From: an uncultured Bacilli bacterium
Lineage (GTDB): Bacteria > Bacillota_I > Bacilli_A > RF39 > UBA660
DNA length: 64,000 nt
Assembly: GCA_944359725.1 (NCBI GenBank)
Contig: CALVSY010000006.1
Span: 1,876-65,875 of the forward strand
Reading direction: 5' to 3'
Positions 30,298-40,354 of the stretch are shown one piece after another. The notes under the pieces were generated by a model. The model saw only the letters and a program-made list of their open reading frames with translations, had not been told where the DNA came from and did not search any database. The position numbers were made by a program, and so were the translations under genes. Every line of letters starts with the position of its first letter. Position 1 is the first letter of the stretch.

Positions 30298-30490
30298 TAT
30301 AAAAAAGCTACGCAAAAATCTGCAATAGCTTATATTCTATGCAGATGTAGGCACGCCAAAAACACAGCACCTACATCCGTTTTAAAAAAGATGAAAGGTG
30401 CTGATTAACAAGTATACATGATAGTTTTATTTGTATACATATTAATCCCTCCTTAATAATAAGTATATGTATAAATCATATTTATGTCAA
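30298..30490 (-). promoter_or_regulatory. Promoter, uORF (MYTNKTIMYTC, 30440-30405) and attenuator leader of the ABC-F gene
   Basis: TTGACA-17-TATACT; AAGGAGGG SD; alternative pairings of CAGCACCU, GAUGUAGGUGCUG and GCCUACAUC; terminator AAGCUA..UAGCUUUUUU. Confidence 0.75.
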
Positions 30491-30498
30491 TCATTAAT

Positions 30499-31797
30499 TT
30501 AAATTATGTTATTAATATATTCAATTAAATATAAAGGTATGTTAATTACTTTACCATCTTTTTTTAAATTATTAAGAGATAAAAGAATTGAAATATCATT
30601 ATTATTTTCTACATTATATTTAGTTAAACTAGTATGTTTTTTACTATTTCCTGCTTTTACCTCAATTGGTATTATCTTATCTTTATATTGAATTACAAAA
30701 TCAATTTCATATCTATCAAAAGTATAATAATTAATATCCATATCATATAAAATATTTAAAGCATTATAAACATAATTTTCAGTAAATGAACCCTTAAATT
30801 CTTCAAATAATTTATTACCTTCTAATATAATACTGCTATCTAAATTAACCATACGTCTTAACAAGCCAACATCATTCATATATATTTTAAAAGATGATAA
30901 ATCATTATATGCTTTTAAAGGAAAATCATTTTTCTTAACGTTATAACACTTATGAATTAAATTAGCATCATTAAGCCAGTTTAATGCATCTTCGTACTCT
31001 CTTGCTCTTGCACCGGGTTTAATGGCTTGATAAACAAACTTCTTATTTTCCTTAGCAAGTTGAGATGGAATACCATTCCATATTATAGATATTTTATTAG
31101 CCTCAGTATTTGTTGTATGTTTTGAAAAATCACTTTCATACGCTCTCAAAATATTATCTTGAATTTTATTAACTTCTTCAATATCCTTATTTGTTGTCCA
31201 ACTATAAACAGCCTCTGGCATTCCTCCTACAATAAAATAAGCTTTTAGCTTTTCTACTAACTGAGATTCAAATATTTTAGGAACTTCATTTATAGAGTTT
31301 ATCTCATTCATATACTCTACTAAGTTTTCACACCCATCCGCAATTAAAAACTCACTAAAAGTCATGGGATTCATGCTTAAAAATTCAACTTTACCTACAG
31401 GAAATGATGTTTTTGAAAGCCTTATTCCAAGTAAAGAGCCTGCACAAACTATATGGTATTGACTTGCTTCTTCACAAAAGTATTTAAGAGAGTTTAAAGC
31501 ATCAGGACACTCCTGCACTTCATCAAAAATTATTAATGTTTCTCCAGGCTCAATTTTTTTACCTATTGCTAAAGATAATTGTTCTAGTATTCTTTTTGGA
31601 TCCTTGGTATTTACAAATAACCCTTTTAATGCATCGTCATGATCAAAGTTAAAATATGCAACTGATTTATAGTATTTCGCTCCAAACTCTTTTAAAATAT
31701 ACGTTTTTCCAACCTGTCTTGCACCTTTTATTATTAGAGGTTTTCTTGTTTTACTATTTTTCCAACTTATTAACTTATCCATAATAAACCTTTTCAT
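30499..31797 (-). CDS. AAA_14 ATPase with DUF4143 domain
   Basis: GARQVGKT, FDEVQ, GGMPEAV, EIDFV...IPIEVK; start at MKRF after AGGAGGTG. Confidence 0.9.
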   Translation of the reverse strand: MKRFIMDKLISWKNSKTRKPLIIKGARQVGKTYILKEFGAKYYKSVAYFNFDHDDALKGLFVNTKDPKRILEQLSLAIGKKIEPGETLIIFDEVQECPDALNSLKYFCEEASQYHIVCAGSLLGIRLSKTSFPVGKVEFLSMNPMTFSEFLIADGCENLVEYMNEINSINEVPKIFESQLVEKLKAYFIVGGMPEAVYSWTTNKDIEEVNKIQDNILRAYESDFSKHTTNTEANKISIIWNGIPSQLAKENKKFVYQAIKPGARAREYEDALNWLNDANLIHKCYNVKKNDFPLKAYNDLSSFKIYMNDVGLLRRMVNLDSSIILEGNKLFEEFKGSFTENYVYNALNILYDMDINYYTFDRYEIDFVIQYKDKIIPIEVKAGNSKKHTSLTKYNVENNNDISILLSLNNLKKDGKVINIPLYLIEYINNII

Positions 31798-31820
31798 ACT
31801 AGCACCTCCTGTTATCATTA

Positions 31821-31900
31821 TATCACAGTTTTGCAAAAAATATTTGTTAAATTATCACAGTTTTGCAAGATTTTTTTGCAAATTTATCACACTTTTGCAA
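31821..31900 (+). repeat. Three 16-bp direct repeats TATCACA(G/C)TTTTGCAA with a 32-bp period
   Basis: Copies start at 31821, 31853 and 31885. Confidence 0.85.
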
Positions 31901-31903
31901 ATT

Positions 31904-32554
31904 TTACATAATTTGAGGCATATCTTTTTCAAATAATACTTCTTTTTCTATCTTTTTATTTTGGTCTTTACATAACTCTTCATATTTATCATCCCATGAT
32001 AGTTTATATGAATCTTCTATTTTTAAATTAAGTAATTTTAAATATTCATCTATTATTTTATCTTGATTATTATTCTTTTTAGCTTCTATTTCAAGTGCTA
32101 GTCCAAATGGATATAAATCAAGTGCTATTTCAACATCATCATTATAAAAAATAGTTCTATACCTTTCATAACATTCAACTAATTTTAAATGAAGTACGTT
32201 ATTAATTATGAAAAATAAATTATCTATTTCATCATCTTTAATGCTTAATTCTACTTCTTCCTGTTTATTGGTTAGAAGGCTGTCCTTTAACCTTCTTTTC
32301 CAAGATATCATGCACTTTTTTATATTATCTTTTTCGGTTATTCTTATTCTAAACCTTCCATCTATATTTTTAGAGTAAAAATCATATTTTTTTAAAGGAT
32401 GATTATACTGATATGTCTTTTCGTAAAACTTACCCTTATATTTTAATTTATCTATTTTATTTAACTTATTAAATAATTCATCATAGCATTCTTTTTTATA
32501 ATAATATCTTACTTCACACTCCATAAATATTCTCCTATTCATATAAATATTCAA
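31904..32554 (-). CDS. CYTH domain protein
   Basis: ECEVRY, RFRIR, EEVE, YERYR, LEIE. Confidence 0.75.
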   Translation of the reverse strand: MNIYMNRRIFMECEVRYYYKKECYDELFNKLNKIDKLKYKGKFYEKTYQYNHPLKKYDFYSKNIDGRFRIRITEKDNIKKCMISWKRRLKDSLLTNKQEEVELSIKDDEIDNLFFIINNVLHLKLVECYERYRTIFYNDDVEIALDLYPFGLALEIEAKKNNNQDKIIDEYLKLLNLKIEDSYKLSWDDKYEELCKDQNKKIEKEVLFEKDMPQIM

Positions 32555-33050
32555 TCAAAGCATATATGGTATCTTTTAAAGTATTTTTGTTTTTACAAGT
32601 ATTAAAAGTTTTAACAAGCTCATTAATTACGTTATTTTTATTTATGTATTTGAATTCGAACATACCTTCTTTTTCATTTTCAGTTAAATTAATTAAATCC
32701 ATATTGGGTTTTTGATCTGTTTTTATAACATAATAGTTAGCATTAAATAAAGTGTTTAAGTTTTTACTTGGATAATCTTTACAATAATATTTTATTGTTA
32801 AAAATGGTTTATCATCAAAATCATCTATGGTAATTCCTGTTTCTTCTTTTACCTCTCTTATTAAACAATTTTTATAAGTTTCATTTTCTTCTACATGTCC
32901 TCCAATTATTTGATAATTATTATTGCCATATCCAAGTAATATTTCTCCTTTAGAGTTAACAATTATAACTTTAACCCTTTCTATAACATTATTTATATCA
33001 CTATCTTTTAAATTATCTTCATTATAAATTATCTCTTTCATTTTTATCAC
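32535..33050 (-). CDS. NUDIX hydrolase
   Basis: GGHVEENE...REVKEETG. Confidence 0.9.
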   Translation of the reverse strand: MIKMKEIIYNEDNLKDSDINNVIERVKVIIVNSKGEILLGYGNNNYQIIGGHVEENETYKNCLIREVKEETGITIDDFDDKPFLTIKYYCKDYPSKNLNTLFNANYYVIKTDQKPNMDLINLTENEKEGMFEFKYINKNNVINELVKTFNTCKNKNTLKDTIYALIEYLYE

Positions 33051-33582
33051 CCATGTATTTATCTATTATTTCTAAAACGTTATAACCTTTTACCTGTTCT
33101 GATTTAATTTCACACTTTCTTGCAGCTTCAACGTTTTCTAATCTATCATCTAAAAATAATATTTCACTTGGTTTTACGTCTGCTCTTTCTATTAAAATAT
33201 CATAAAATTTTTTATCAGGTTTATATGCATTTATATCAGAAGATATAATAACATCATCAAATACATCACCATAATTTTCATTTAAAAACTCTCTTATAGA
33301 GGAGAAATGATTAGATGCTACAAAAAGTTTAACATCTTTATACTTATCTTTTATTTTTCCTACATCTACCTTTACATCATATATTTTAAATATTATTTCT
33401 TTAATACTTTTTATAACTTCGGTTCTACTTAAATTTGTTAATTTAATAGATGCTTCTATTAAATCTTCATCATTCTTGTTCTTACCAAATAATCTTTCTA
33501 TTTTATCTTCATTTTCAGTTAAATAAGTATCATTTTCACCTAATAAAGCGCCTACTAGGTCAAACGTTATTACTTTAATCAT
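33022..33582 (-). CDS. HAD-family hydrolase
   Basis: FDLVG, KPD, FLDD..ENV. Confidence 0.85.
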   Translation of the reverse strand: MIKVITFDLVGALLGENDTYLTENEDKIERLFGKNKNDEDLIEASIKLTNLSRTEVIKSIKEIIFKIYDVKVDVGKIKDKYKDVKLFVASNHFSSIREFLNENYGDVFDDVIISSDINAYKPDKKFYDILIERADVKPSEILFLDDRLENVEAARKCEIKSEQVKGYNVLEIIDKYMGDKNERDNL

Positions 33583-33598
33583 TTTATCTCCTTTAATA

Positions 33599-33949
33599 TT
33601 AATTATTAATCTTTTTTATCTTTATTCCAACAACCCCATGTTTTTTTATATCTTCATCACTATAATACATAGACATATCACTTGGACTTGCTTCTTCATC
33701 TTCATTATAACCAATGGATACTTTATCATGATTTTTATATAGTTCATCAAAATCTTTATACATATAAAGATTAATAACTCTTGTTATTAATTTTTCACTG
33801 TTTAATACATTAGTAAACTCAATTAAGTCTCCCACTTTTACTTTTTTTCTTTTTTCATCGTATAATCTCATTTCAATAGTTTTAGTTTCATCACTAATTT
33901 TTTTAAATGGATCATCCTGTAATTTCATTTCATGCAGCATATTTATCAC
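33599..33949 (-). CDS. ASCH/PUA-like RNA-binding protein
   Basis: KTIEMRLYDEKR...VGD.IEF, GVVGI. Confidence 0.85.
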   Translation of the reverse strand: MINMLHEMKLQDDPFKKISDETKTIEMRLYDEKRKKVKVGDLIEFTNVLNSEKLITRVINLYMYKDFDELYKNHDKVSIGYNEDEEASPSDMSMYYSDEDIKKHGVVGIKIKKINN

Positions 33950-33953
33950 TCCT

Positions 33954-34712
33954 TTATAAATTATAATTTGTTATATCTTTTACTTCGTCATCATCTATGA
34001 AGTTATAACACTTACCATCTTTAAATAGATATGAAAGTCCATATAACATAACCTTATTATTAGCCTTTAAAATATAAGTACCACCAGGATATGCAAAAAA
34101 TAATCTTTTTTTGCTATCGGGTAGTAATATATCTTTTTTAACATCTAAATTATCAAGTATAACAACCTCATCATCATTATAATGAGGATTAATACTTATG
34201 TTAATAAGCCCAAGACCTTTTAAATACCTTTCATACTCTTTATTTACTGCCTCGCCCTCTTCTTCTGGAGGAGAATAAACAATGCTGCTTGCATTCATAC
34301 TACCTGCTGACACACCACATACTACTACATCTTTATTTTCTTTTAACAAATTTTTTAAATCAATATTATTAAAAAATTTATTTTGAGTTGGAACATGTCC
34401 TCCTGCTAAATATATAAAATCGGTGTTTCTAACTAATTTTCTAGCATCTTTAATATTTCTTTTATCAAGTACTTGATAACTTTTAAAAGGGAGCGTTAGA
34501 TCAAATGATTTAAATACAACTCTTGAATATAAATCATTTACCACATAATCATTTGGATCACTTGCAATATATAAAAAGTTATCATACTTATTTATGTACT
34601 TTTTAAAATTATCTAGTATGTGATTTTTATTTTCAAACTTTATTGGTGTTTTATTACCAAATTCATCTTTTACGTTAGTATTTATAGAACTAGTTAAAAA
34701 TAATGCCTTCAT
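33954..34712 (-). CDS. Peptidase S51 (dipeptidase E-like)
   Basis: LAGGHVPTQN, GVSAGS, PHY. Confidence 0.85.
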   Translation of the reverse strand: MKALFLTSSINTNVKDEFGNKTPIKFENKNHILDNFKKYINKYDNFLYIASDPNDYVVNDLYSRVVFKSFDLTLPFKSYQVLDKRNIKDARKLVRNTDFIYLAGGHVPTQNKFFNNIDLKNLLKENKDVVVCGVSAGSMNASSIVYSPPEEEGEAVNKEYERYLKGLGLINISINPHYNDDEVVILDNLDVKKDILLPDSKKRLFFAYPGGTYILKANNKVMLYGLSYLFKDGKCYNFIDDDEVKDITNYNL

Positions 34713-34785
34713 ATCCTTCTCCTTTAACTAATCTAATTATAACATAACTATTTAAAAAACAAGCCTTTTTAAGCTTGTAATAATT

Positions 34786-35484
34786 TTATTTTAACTCATT
34801 TAATTTTAATTCATTATCGTAATATGCTTTAAATGCACAAGCATCCTTATTACTTTTAATTATCTTCATTCCATCATCATTAAACTCTACTGCACAGCAG
34901 TTATCTACGCATAAAGCTTTTATGTTTTTATTTTCTTTTAATACTTTTTCTAAATCTTCTTTCTTTTTAGGATCAGATGAAAAATGAGGAACAAACATGT
35001 AATCTAAAAAACCTAAGCCATCTACCTTAACATAATTATTAGAAACACCTTCCATTATTTCAATATCAGATAATCCATATTTTAAATAAGTTATTGCACC
35101 TGCTGAAATACCTGCTAAAACGCAGCCTTTATCACCTGCTTTTTTTATCATTTCATCCATACCTGTTTCTTTTAAAGTGCTTACTAGTTTAACCGTGTTG
35201 CCGCCTCCAATATAAATAATATCAGCATCATTTATCTTTTTTTCAACAACTTCCATATGAGTTAATGTTTTGTTAGATATTTTATTTGTTTCACAACCCA
35301 AGTTCTTATAAATATCTTTTATTACTTTATAATAAGAATCTGCAAAAGAGCTTGCAAGTCCAATGAATAAAAAGTTTGGTTTTTCTTTATTAGTTAATCT
35401 TACTATTTCCTCATCAATTTCTTTTGTTTCATATTTTGTGTTATTTCTTCCGATGTCTCCACCACCGATTAATACTAAACGCAT
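34786..35484 (-). CDS. Peptidase S51 (dipeptidase E-like)
   Basis: YIGGGNT, GISAGA, PHF. Confidence 0.88.
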   Translation of the reverse strand: MRLVLIGGGDIGRNNTKYETKEIDEEIVRLTNKEKPNFLFIGLASSFADSYYKVIKDIYKNLGCETNKISNKTLTHMEVVEKKINDADIIYIGGGNTVKLVSTLKETGMDEMIKKAGDKGCVLAGISAGAITYLKYGLSDIEIMEGVSNNYVKVDGLGFLDYMFVPHFSSDPKKKEDLEKVLKENKNIKALCVDNCCAVEFNDDGMKIIKSNKDACAFKAYYDNELKLNELK

Positions 35485-35500
35485 ATTATCACTTCCTTAC

Positions 35501-37207
35501 TTAATTAATGTAACTTTTAAATGCGGTATAAACATGTTTTAATGTATCTTCTATTTCATCTACGTCATACTCATTTAATAAAGTCTTATAAGTCATTATG
35601 TATAAAAATTCATCATAAGTAATTTCGTTATTTAAAACAAGTGAAGAAGCTATTCTTAAAACCTTTTTTCTGGAAAAAACAAATCTTCCTATTTTATATT
35701 GCAGTTCATTTATCCTGTAATTTTCTTCTAAATGTTTTATAATTGGAACCCGATAAATCATTGGAACTATTTTGTCAGATCCATTTACACTTAAAATGCC
35801 ATCATATTCTTTTCTATTTTCTACCCTTGCATCTTGTAATCCAACACTTTTAACTATCGCCTTATACTCTCCTGCTTCTTCTTTTACAGAAGGATCAAGT
35901 CCTTTAGAAGTTATGTATTCCTTTCCTTCGTTTTTCTTTTTAAATATAACTACCGGAAGTGATTTTAAACTTGATAAAGTAGATAGATGTTCTAATATAT
36001 AATCTTTTAAATCAAGTTCTATAAATTGATCTAGCATAGTTATTATATTAGGTGAAAACAAAGTCATAGATCCTTTAATATCCTTTACGCTAATACCATA
36101 TAAACTAAGTTCATTTTCTCTTTTCATTAGTTTTTCAACCGGTATTTTCAAAATAGATTTCATTCCATCAAAAGTGCTATTATAAAAGTCATATTTTTTT
36201 AAATATTCACTTGTTCTAAACATCTCATCAGAATTTAACTCGTAATTATCATCATAATCATTATTAATAGACGATGAGGAACTATCTTTAGGTATTAAAC
36301 TACTACTTATTTTATTTCTATGATTTATTGGCACTATCTTATCTATCCAAAAATTATATATTTTTAACGTTGCGTTTAAATTATACCTATTATCATTAAT
36401 AATTTTATCATATGCGTTTTTAATAGTATTTTTTGACGTACCATTAATTAATATTTTCGCTAGAACATCGTTGTTAAAATTAAGTTTTAACTGTCTTATG
36501 GTATTTAATATTTCAGTTAAAGCGCCTAAAATATAATTAGCGGATATAATAGTTAAATAATTATTATCTTTTATATCAAAACCATATCTATTTAATATTT
36601 CTTTTACTTTTTCAAGACTTAGTGGAACATAACTTTTAAAGCAAGCTTTATTATACTTTTCTATTTCACTAATTAATTTTATTTTAAAAGCTTTATCAAC
36701 CAATTTATCATCACATATAAAATCTATAAAACTTTCATCCGTAATAACCTTTTTATTTTCAACATCACTTTTAATATCTTCAAACCACACCTTTAAAAGT
36801 TTCATATCTTCATTTTGTTTTTCAAACAAAGTAAGTCCATTAGAAAGTTTTTCATAATTTTCATATAAATCATATTCACTTTTCTTTACTTTATCTAAAA
36901 CGTTCATAACGAACTTATAATTACTTGATGTAAAAGATGGGCTTTTATTTACTAGTTCCCTTAAAAAACTAATAAATAACTCGGTTTCGTCCTTAGATAA
37001 AACATTGTACTTTAAAACGACTCTTCTAAATAAATCTCTGTTATTATATAAGAACATTGTTTCAAACTCATCAAAGTGATCACTAAGTTCCATAAATAAA
37101 TTTAAGAAGTTTTCTAAATCTTTTAATTCAAAAAACTTATCACTTTCAAGTTCCTTAGTAAATAATTTTATCTTGTAGTTTAAATATTTAATTATCATAT
37201 GATCCAC
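35501..37207 (-). CDS. Hypothetical protein (568 aa)
   Basis: Long ORF overlapping the upstream gene; no motif recognised. Confidence 0.75.
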   Translation of the reverse strand: MDHMIIKYLNYKIKLFTKELESDKFFELKDLENFLNLFMELSDHFDEFETMFLYNNRDLFRRVVLKYNVLSKDETELFISFLRELVNKSPSFTSSNYKFVMNVLDKVKKSEYDLYENYEKLSNGLTLFEKQNEDMKLLKVWFEDIKSDVENKKVITDESFIDFICDDKLVDKAFKIKLISEIEKYNKACFKSYVPLSLEKVKEILNRYGFDIKDNNYLTIISANYILGALTEILNTIRQLKLNFNNDVLAKILINGTSKNTIKNAYDKIINDNRYNLNATLKIYNFWIDKIVPINHRNKISSSLIPKDSSSSSINNDYDDNYELNSDEMFRTSEYLKKYDFYNSTFDGMKSILKIPVEKLMKRENELSLYGISVKDIKGSMTLFSPNIITMLDQFIELDLKDYILEHLSTLSSLKSLPVVIFKKKNEGKEYITSKGLDPSVKEEAGEYKAIVKSVGLQDARVENRKEYDGILSVNGSDKIVPMIYRVPIIKHLEENYRINELQYKIGRFVFSRKKVLRIASSLVLNNEITYDEFLYIMTYKTLLNEYDVDEIEDTLKHVYTAFKSYIN

Positions 37208-38564
37208 CTACAATCTGTTTTTTTACGTTTCTTATTTGATCTTTTTCTTTATCACAAATACTTTTTGTAATAGAAATAAAATTTTTGTTTTTCCATTTAT
37301 CCGCTGTTATGATTAAATAATTACTATCATCTAGAATAATAAATGACAAATAAGTTAAATCCTGCTTGACATAAAAGATATTTTCATTGCCATTAACTAT
37401 TTTTTTACCTCCTTTTTGATAAATTCCTTTTTTCATTTTTCCTATTATTTTTTCAGCATCACTTGCAAATTTCTTATCATTTTCGTTTTCTTTTAAAGCA
37501 TCAAAGTAATAACTACTATCCTTCTTTTCATTAATTAGATAATGTATCGTAATATATTTATCCTCATCTAAATAATTTTTCGTATCATTATCTTCATCTT
37601 TTATGGATTTATCAGTCATTTGCTTTTTAAAAATCACGTAATTAGAATACAACTTTTTTAATTCGTTTATTTCATCCGATAACTCACTTTCTGTACACTT
37701 ATCTTTATTATCGTTTATATAAGTACTTATATATGAAATATTTATAATTAAATATTTCATATAATCCGTTTGTGATAGTGAAGGAATCAAACTTTCAAGC
37801 AAATCACTTAACAAAACATCCTTATAAGCAATTGCCATGTTATAATCTTCTTTACTATATTCCTTTGGATACTCGCTTAATAACTTTTGAGCGTTATTTA
37901 AAAGGTTTTTAACTTCAAGTGAACAATTCTTAGATAAAACATTTTTTCTTCTTAAATTTTCTTCTTTTTGCAAGTTCTTAATAATTATTTTATCTTCTTT
38001 TTCTTTCTGAGATTTATTTATTTCATTTATCTTTTTACGATATACCTCCATGTTTTGTTTGCTAACAAAAGAACGTAGTCTTAAAATCTCATCATCTTTC
38101 AAACCTAATCTTATAAACATTCTTTCATGCCTAGAATCAAGATCGACAACATCTTTAGTCAAATTATCAAAAACCGATAATTCCTTATCTAAATCATAAT
38201 AAAAATAAATGGGATTTCTATTTAAATAACTTAATAGTTCTTTTAAACAATTAAGCATTTTATTTTTCTTTTCTACGGTACTATTATTAACGTTAGTAAC
38301 TAGATCAGTCCAAGAAAATTTTTTTAAATCATCCATGGAATTAATGATGTTATTTTTTATACGATCATCATTTACAACGTCATTTATAAGATTTCTTACG
38401 TTAGAATTTTTTATAAAATCATCAAACATAAACGTATCTTTATCTAAATACTCACATATAATGTTTATTAATCTTATTCTTTTATCATTTTGCTTTTTTA
38501 ATGCCTGATTATTTTTAATTAATTTTTGTTTGATTTGCACTAAATAAGTATTCAACAACCTCAC
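37188..38564 (-). CDS. Hypothetical coiled-coil protein with a possible degenerate RelE-like C-terminus
   Basis: Long ORF; C-terminal IFYVKQDLTYLSFIILDDSNYLIITAD beta-rich segment. Confidence 0.7.
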   Translation of the reverse strand: MRLLNTYLVQIKQKLIKNNQALKKQNDKRIRLINIICEYLDKDTFMFDDFIKNSNVRNLINDVVNDDRIKNNIINSMDDLKKFSWTDLVTNVNNSTVEKKNKMLNCLKELLSYLNRNPIYFYYDLDKELSVFDNLTKDVVDLDSRHERMFIRLGLKDDEILRLRSFVSKQNMEVYRKKINEINKSQKEKEDKIIIKNLQKEENLRRKNVLSKNCSLEVKNLLNNAQKLLSEYPKEYSKEDYNMAIAYKDVLLSDLLESLIPSLSQTDYMKYLIINISYISTYINDNKDKCTESELSDEINELKKLYSNYVIFKKQMTDKSIKDEDNDTKNYLDEDKYITIHYLINEKKDSSYYFDALKENENDKKFASDAEKIIGKMKKGIYQKGGKKIVNGNENIFYVKQDLTYLSFIILDDSNYLIITADKWKNKNFISITKSICDKEKDQIRNVKKQIVGGSYDN

Positions 38565-38782
38565 CTTTTCTTTCTTAACTTTTCCATTTTTTCTCTTATT
38601 TCTTTTATTCTTAATTCTTTTTCATCATTATCTAAAGTATAAGTTTTACCATCATAACTTAAAATATCAGTTTCTATTACGTTTGAAGGTAAATCTTTTA
38701 TATTAACCTCTTTTTTACTTCCGTCTTTTATATTTTCAAGTAAAGCTACATCATTTTCTATTTTATCAATCGCGTATTTCAT
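38561..38782 (-). CDS. DUF3006-family protein
   Basis: YAIDKIENDVALLE...LP..V.E.DIL; usual neighbour of ComEC-like MBL genes. Confidence 0.8.
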   Translation of the reverse strand: MKYAIDKIENDVALLENIKDGSKKEVNIKDLPSNVIETDILSYDGKTYTLDNDEKELRIKEIREKMEKLRKKR

Positions 38783-38788
38783 AATTAC

Positions 38789-39718
38789 CTATCCATTCGT
38801 ATCCGTTTTTACCGTTTTAACGCTCAAGTTAATACCATCACTTGTAAATATGATAGTTCCATCCTGATCCGTTCTATAAACCTTAATATTTCTGCTACTT
38901 AATTTTTGTAAAGTAGATTCTGAGGGATGATTATAAGTGTTGTTTAGTCCAACCGATATAACGGCATAATCTGGATCAACCCTATCTAAAAACTCATCAG
39001 TTGAACTATAGTTAGAGCCATGATGCGCAACTTTTAAAACGTCACTTTTTAAATCTTCATCAAGTATTAACTCCTCAACGTTACTAGTTGCATCACCAGT
39101 AAATAAAAAACTATTTTCACCATAAGTCATTTTTAAAACGATTGATGAATCATTTATGTCATTAGTATCATCACCAGAATAAATAACCTTAAAATAAGCA
39201 TCACCAAGACTAAACTCCTGTCCTTTTTCTGGTACGTGATAAGTTAGATTATTACTTTCTAATGCATCTAAAACATCTTCAAAGGTTTTGGTAGTAGAAA
39301 GTTTATCAGGCATGTAATAATTATCAATCTTAAAATTATTAATTATATCATCCATTCCACCAATATGATCTTCATGTGGATGCGTTCCTACTACATAGTC
39401 AAACTCATCAACATTTAAACTTTTAAAATAATTAACAAGCTTTTGCCCATCCTCATTATTACCAGCATCAATAAGCATGTTTTTATCTTTATTTTCAATA
39501 TAAATCGAATCAGCCTGACCAACATCAATAAAGTAAACATTTAAATTGCCATCAACATCTAACTTTTGGGCCTCATCAATTGCCTTTGATACATTTGCAG
39601 AACTTTTATTAAAATCATTTATAAAGTCAGTTTTAAAAATAACCATCAAAATTATTATTAAACAGGCGATAAAACTAACTAATTTTCTTACGTTTTTCTT
39701 AAATCTCATAAATACCAT
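38789..39718 (-). CDS. ComEC/Rec2-like metallo-beta-lactamase-fold hydrolase with N-terminal TM
   Basis: DVGQAD, THPHEDHIGG, LFTGD, KVAHHGS, YRTD. Confidence 0.9.
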   Translation of the reverse strand: MVFMRFKKNVRKLVSFIACLIIILMVIFKTDFINDFNKSSANVSKAIDEAQKLDVDGNLNVYFIDVGQADSIYIENKDKNMLIDAGNNEDGQKLVNYFKSLNVDEFDYVVGTHPHEDHIGGMDDIINNFKIDNYYMPDKLSTTKTFEDVLDALESNNLTYHVPEKGQEFSLGDAYFKVIYSGDDTNDINDSSIVLKMTYGENSFLFTGDATSNVEELILDEDLKSDVLKVAHHGSNYSSTDEFLDRVDPDYAVISVGLNNTYNHPSESTLQKLSSRNIKVYRTDQDGTIIFTSDGINLSVKTVKTDTNG

Positions 39719-39761
39719 CCTATCATGAACAATTATACCACAAAAAAAGATAATCTTAAAA

Positions 39762-40094
39762 TTATCTTCTTAATGAATAATTAATACGATCCCCGTTAAC
39801 ATCCTTATCAATTTTAAAATGATCTTTATAATTATCAATATCACAACTATCTTTAAAACTTATGTTACTTTTACTTACGTGATTAAAATCCAAAAGAGCC
39901 TTATGAAGCACTTCATCCATTAAAAACGAACCAAATAATCCATTAAACTCTTTCTTACTAAAATTATATTTTACGTATGATTCATCTTTATCATTAGTAA
40001 TATATATCTTACCTATTTCTTCATTATTTATTAACACTAAATACACGATAAGCTTATCACTACTCATTATTTTTTTAAACTTTATTTCTCTCAT
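39762..40094 (-). CDS. Hypothetical protein
   Basis: ORF with an AAGGGGTG SD. Confidence 0.6.
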   Translation of the reverse strand: MREIKFKKIMSSDKLIVYLVLINNEEIGKIYITNDKDESYVKYNFSKKEFNGLFGSFLMDEVLHKALLDFNHVSKSNISFKDSCDIDNYKDHFKIDKDVNGDRINYSLRR

Positions 40095-40132
40095 AAAAAC
40101 ACCCCTTATTTAGTTTAAAAAAAAGCTTATTT

Positions 40133-40339
40133 TTAAGCTTCGTTTGTTTTAACTACTTCTTTTCCTTTATAGTTACCACAGTTTGGGCATACTCTATGTG
40201 GTCTAATTAACTCACCACATTTAGGACATTTTACTGTTTGGTTAGCTTCAATTTTATAGTGAGTACGACGCATTCTTTTTCTTGTCTTACTTACTTTGCT
40301 GAATGGAACTGCAAACAATTGGATATCCAATTTTAACAT
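40133..40339 (-). CDS. rpmF: 50S ribosomal protein L32 with a 9-aa N-terminal extension
   Basis: [33 protein letters not shown]; lies downstream of yceD/ylbN. Confidence 0.95.
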   Translation of the reverse strand: MLKLDIQLFAVPFSKVSKTRKRMRRTHYKIEANQTVKCPKCGELIRPHRVCPNCGNYKGKEVVKTNEA

Positions 40340-40354
40340 ATTCTCACTCCTTCC

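Noticed and set aside
31821-31900. Possible mini CRISPR array
   Set aside because: Repeats and spacers are only 16 bp, there are three copies, and no cas genes are in the window.
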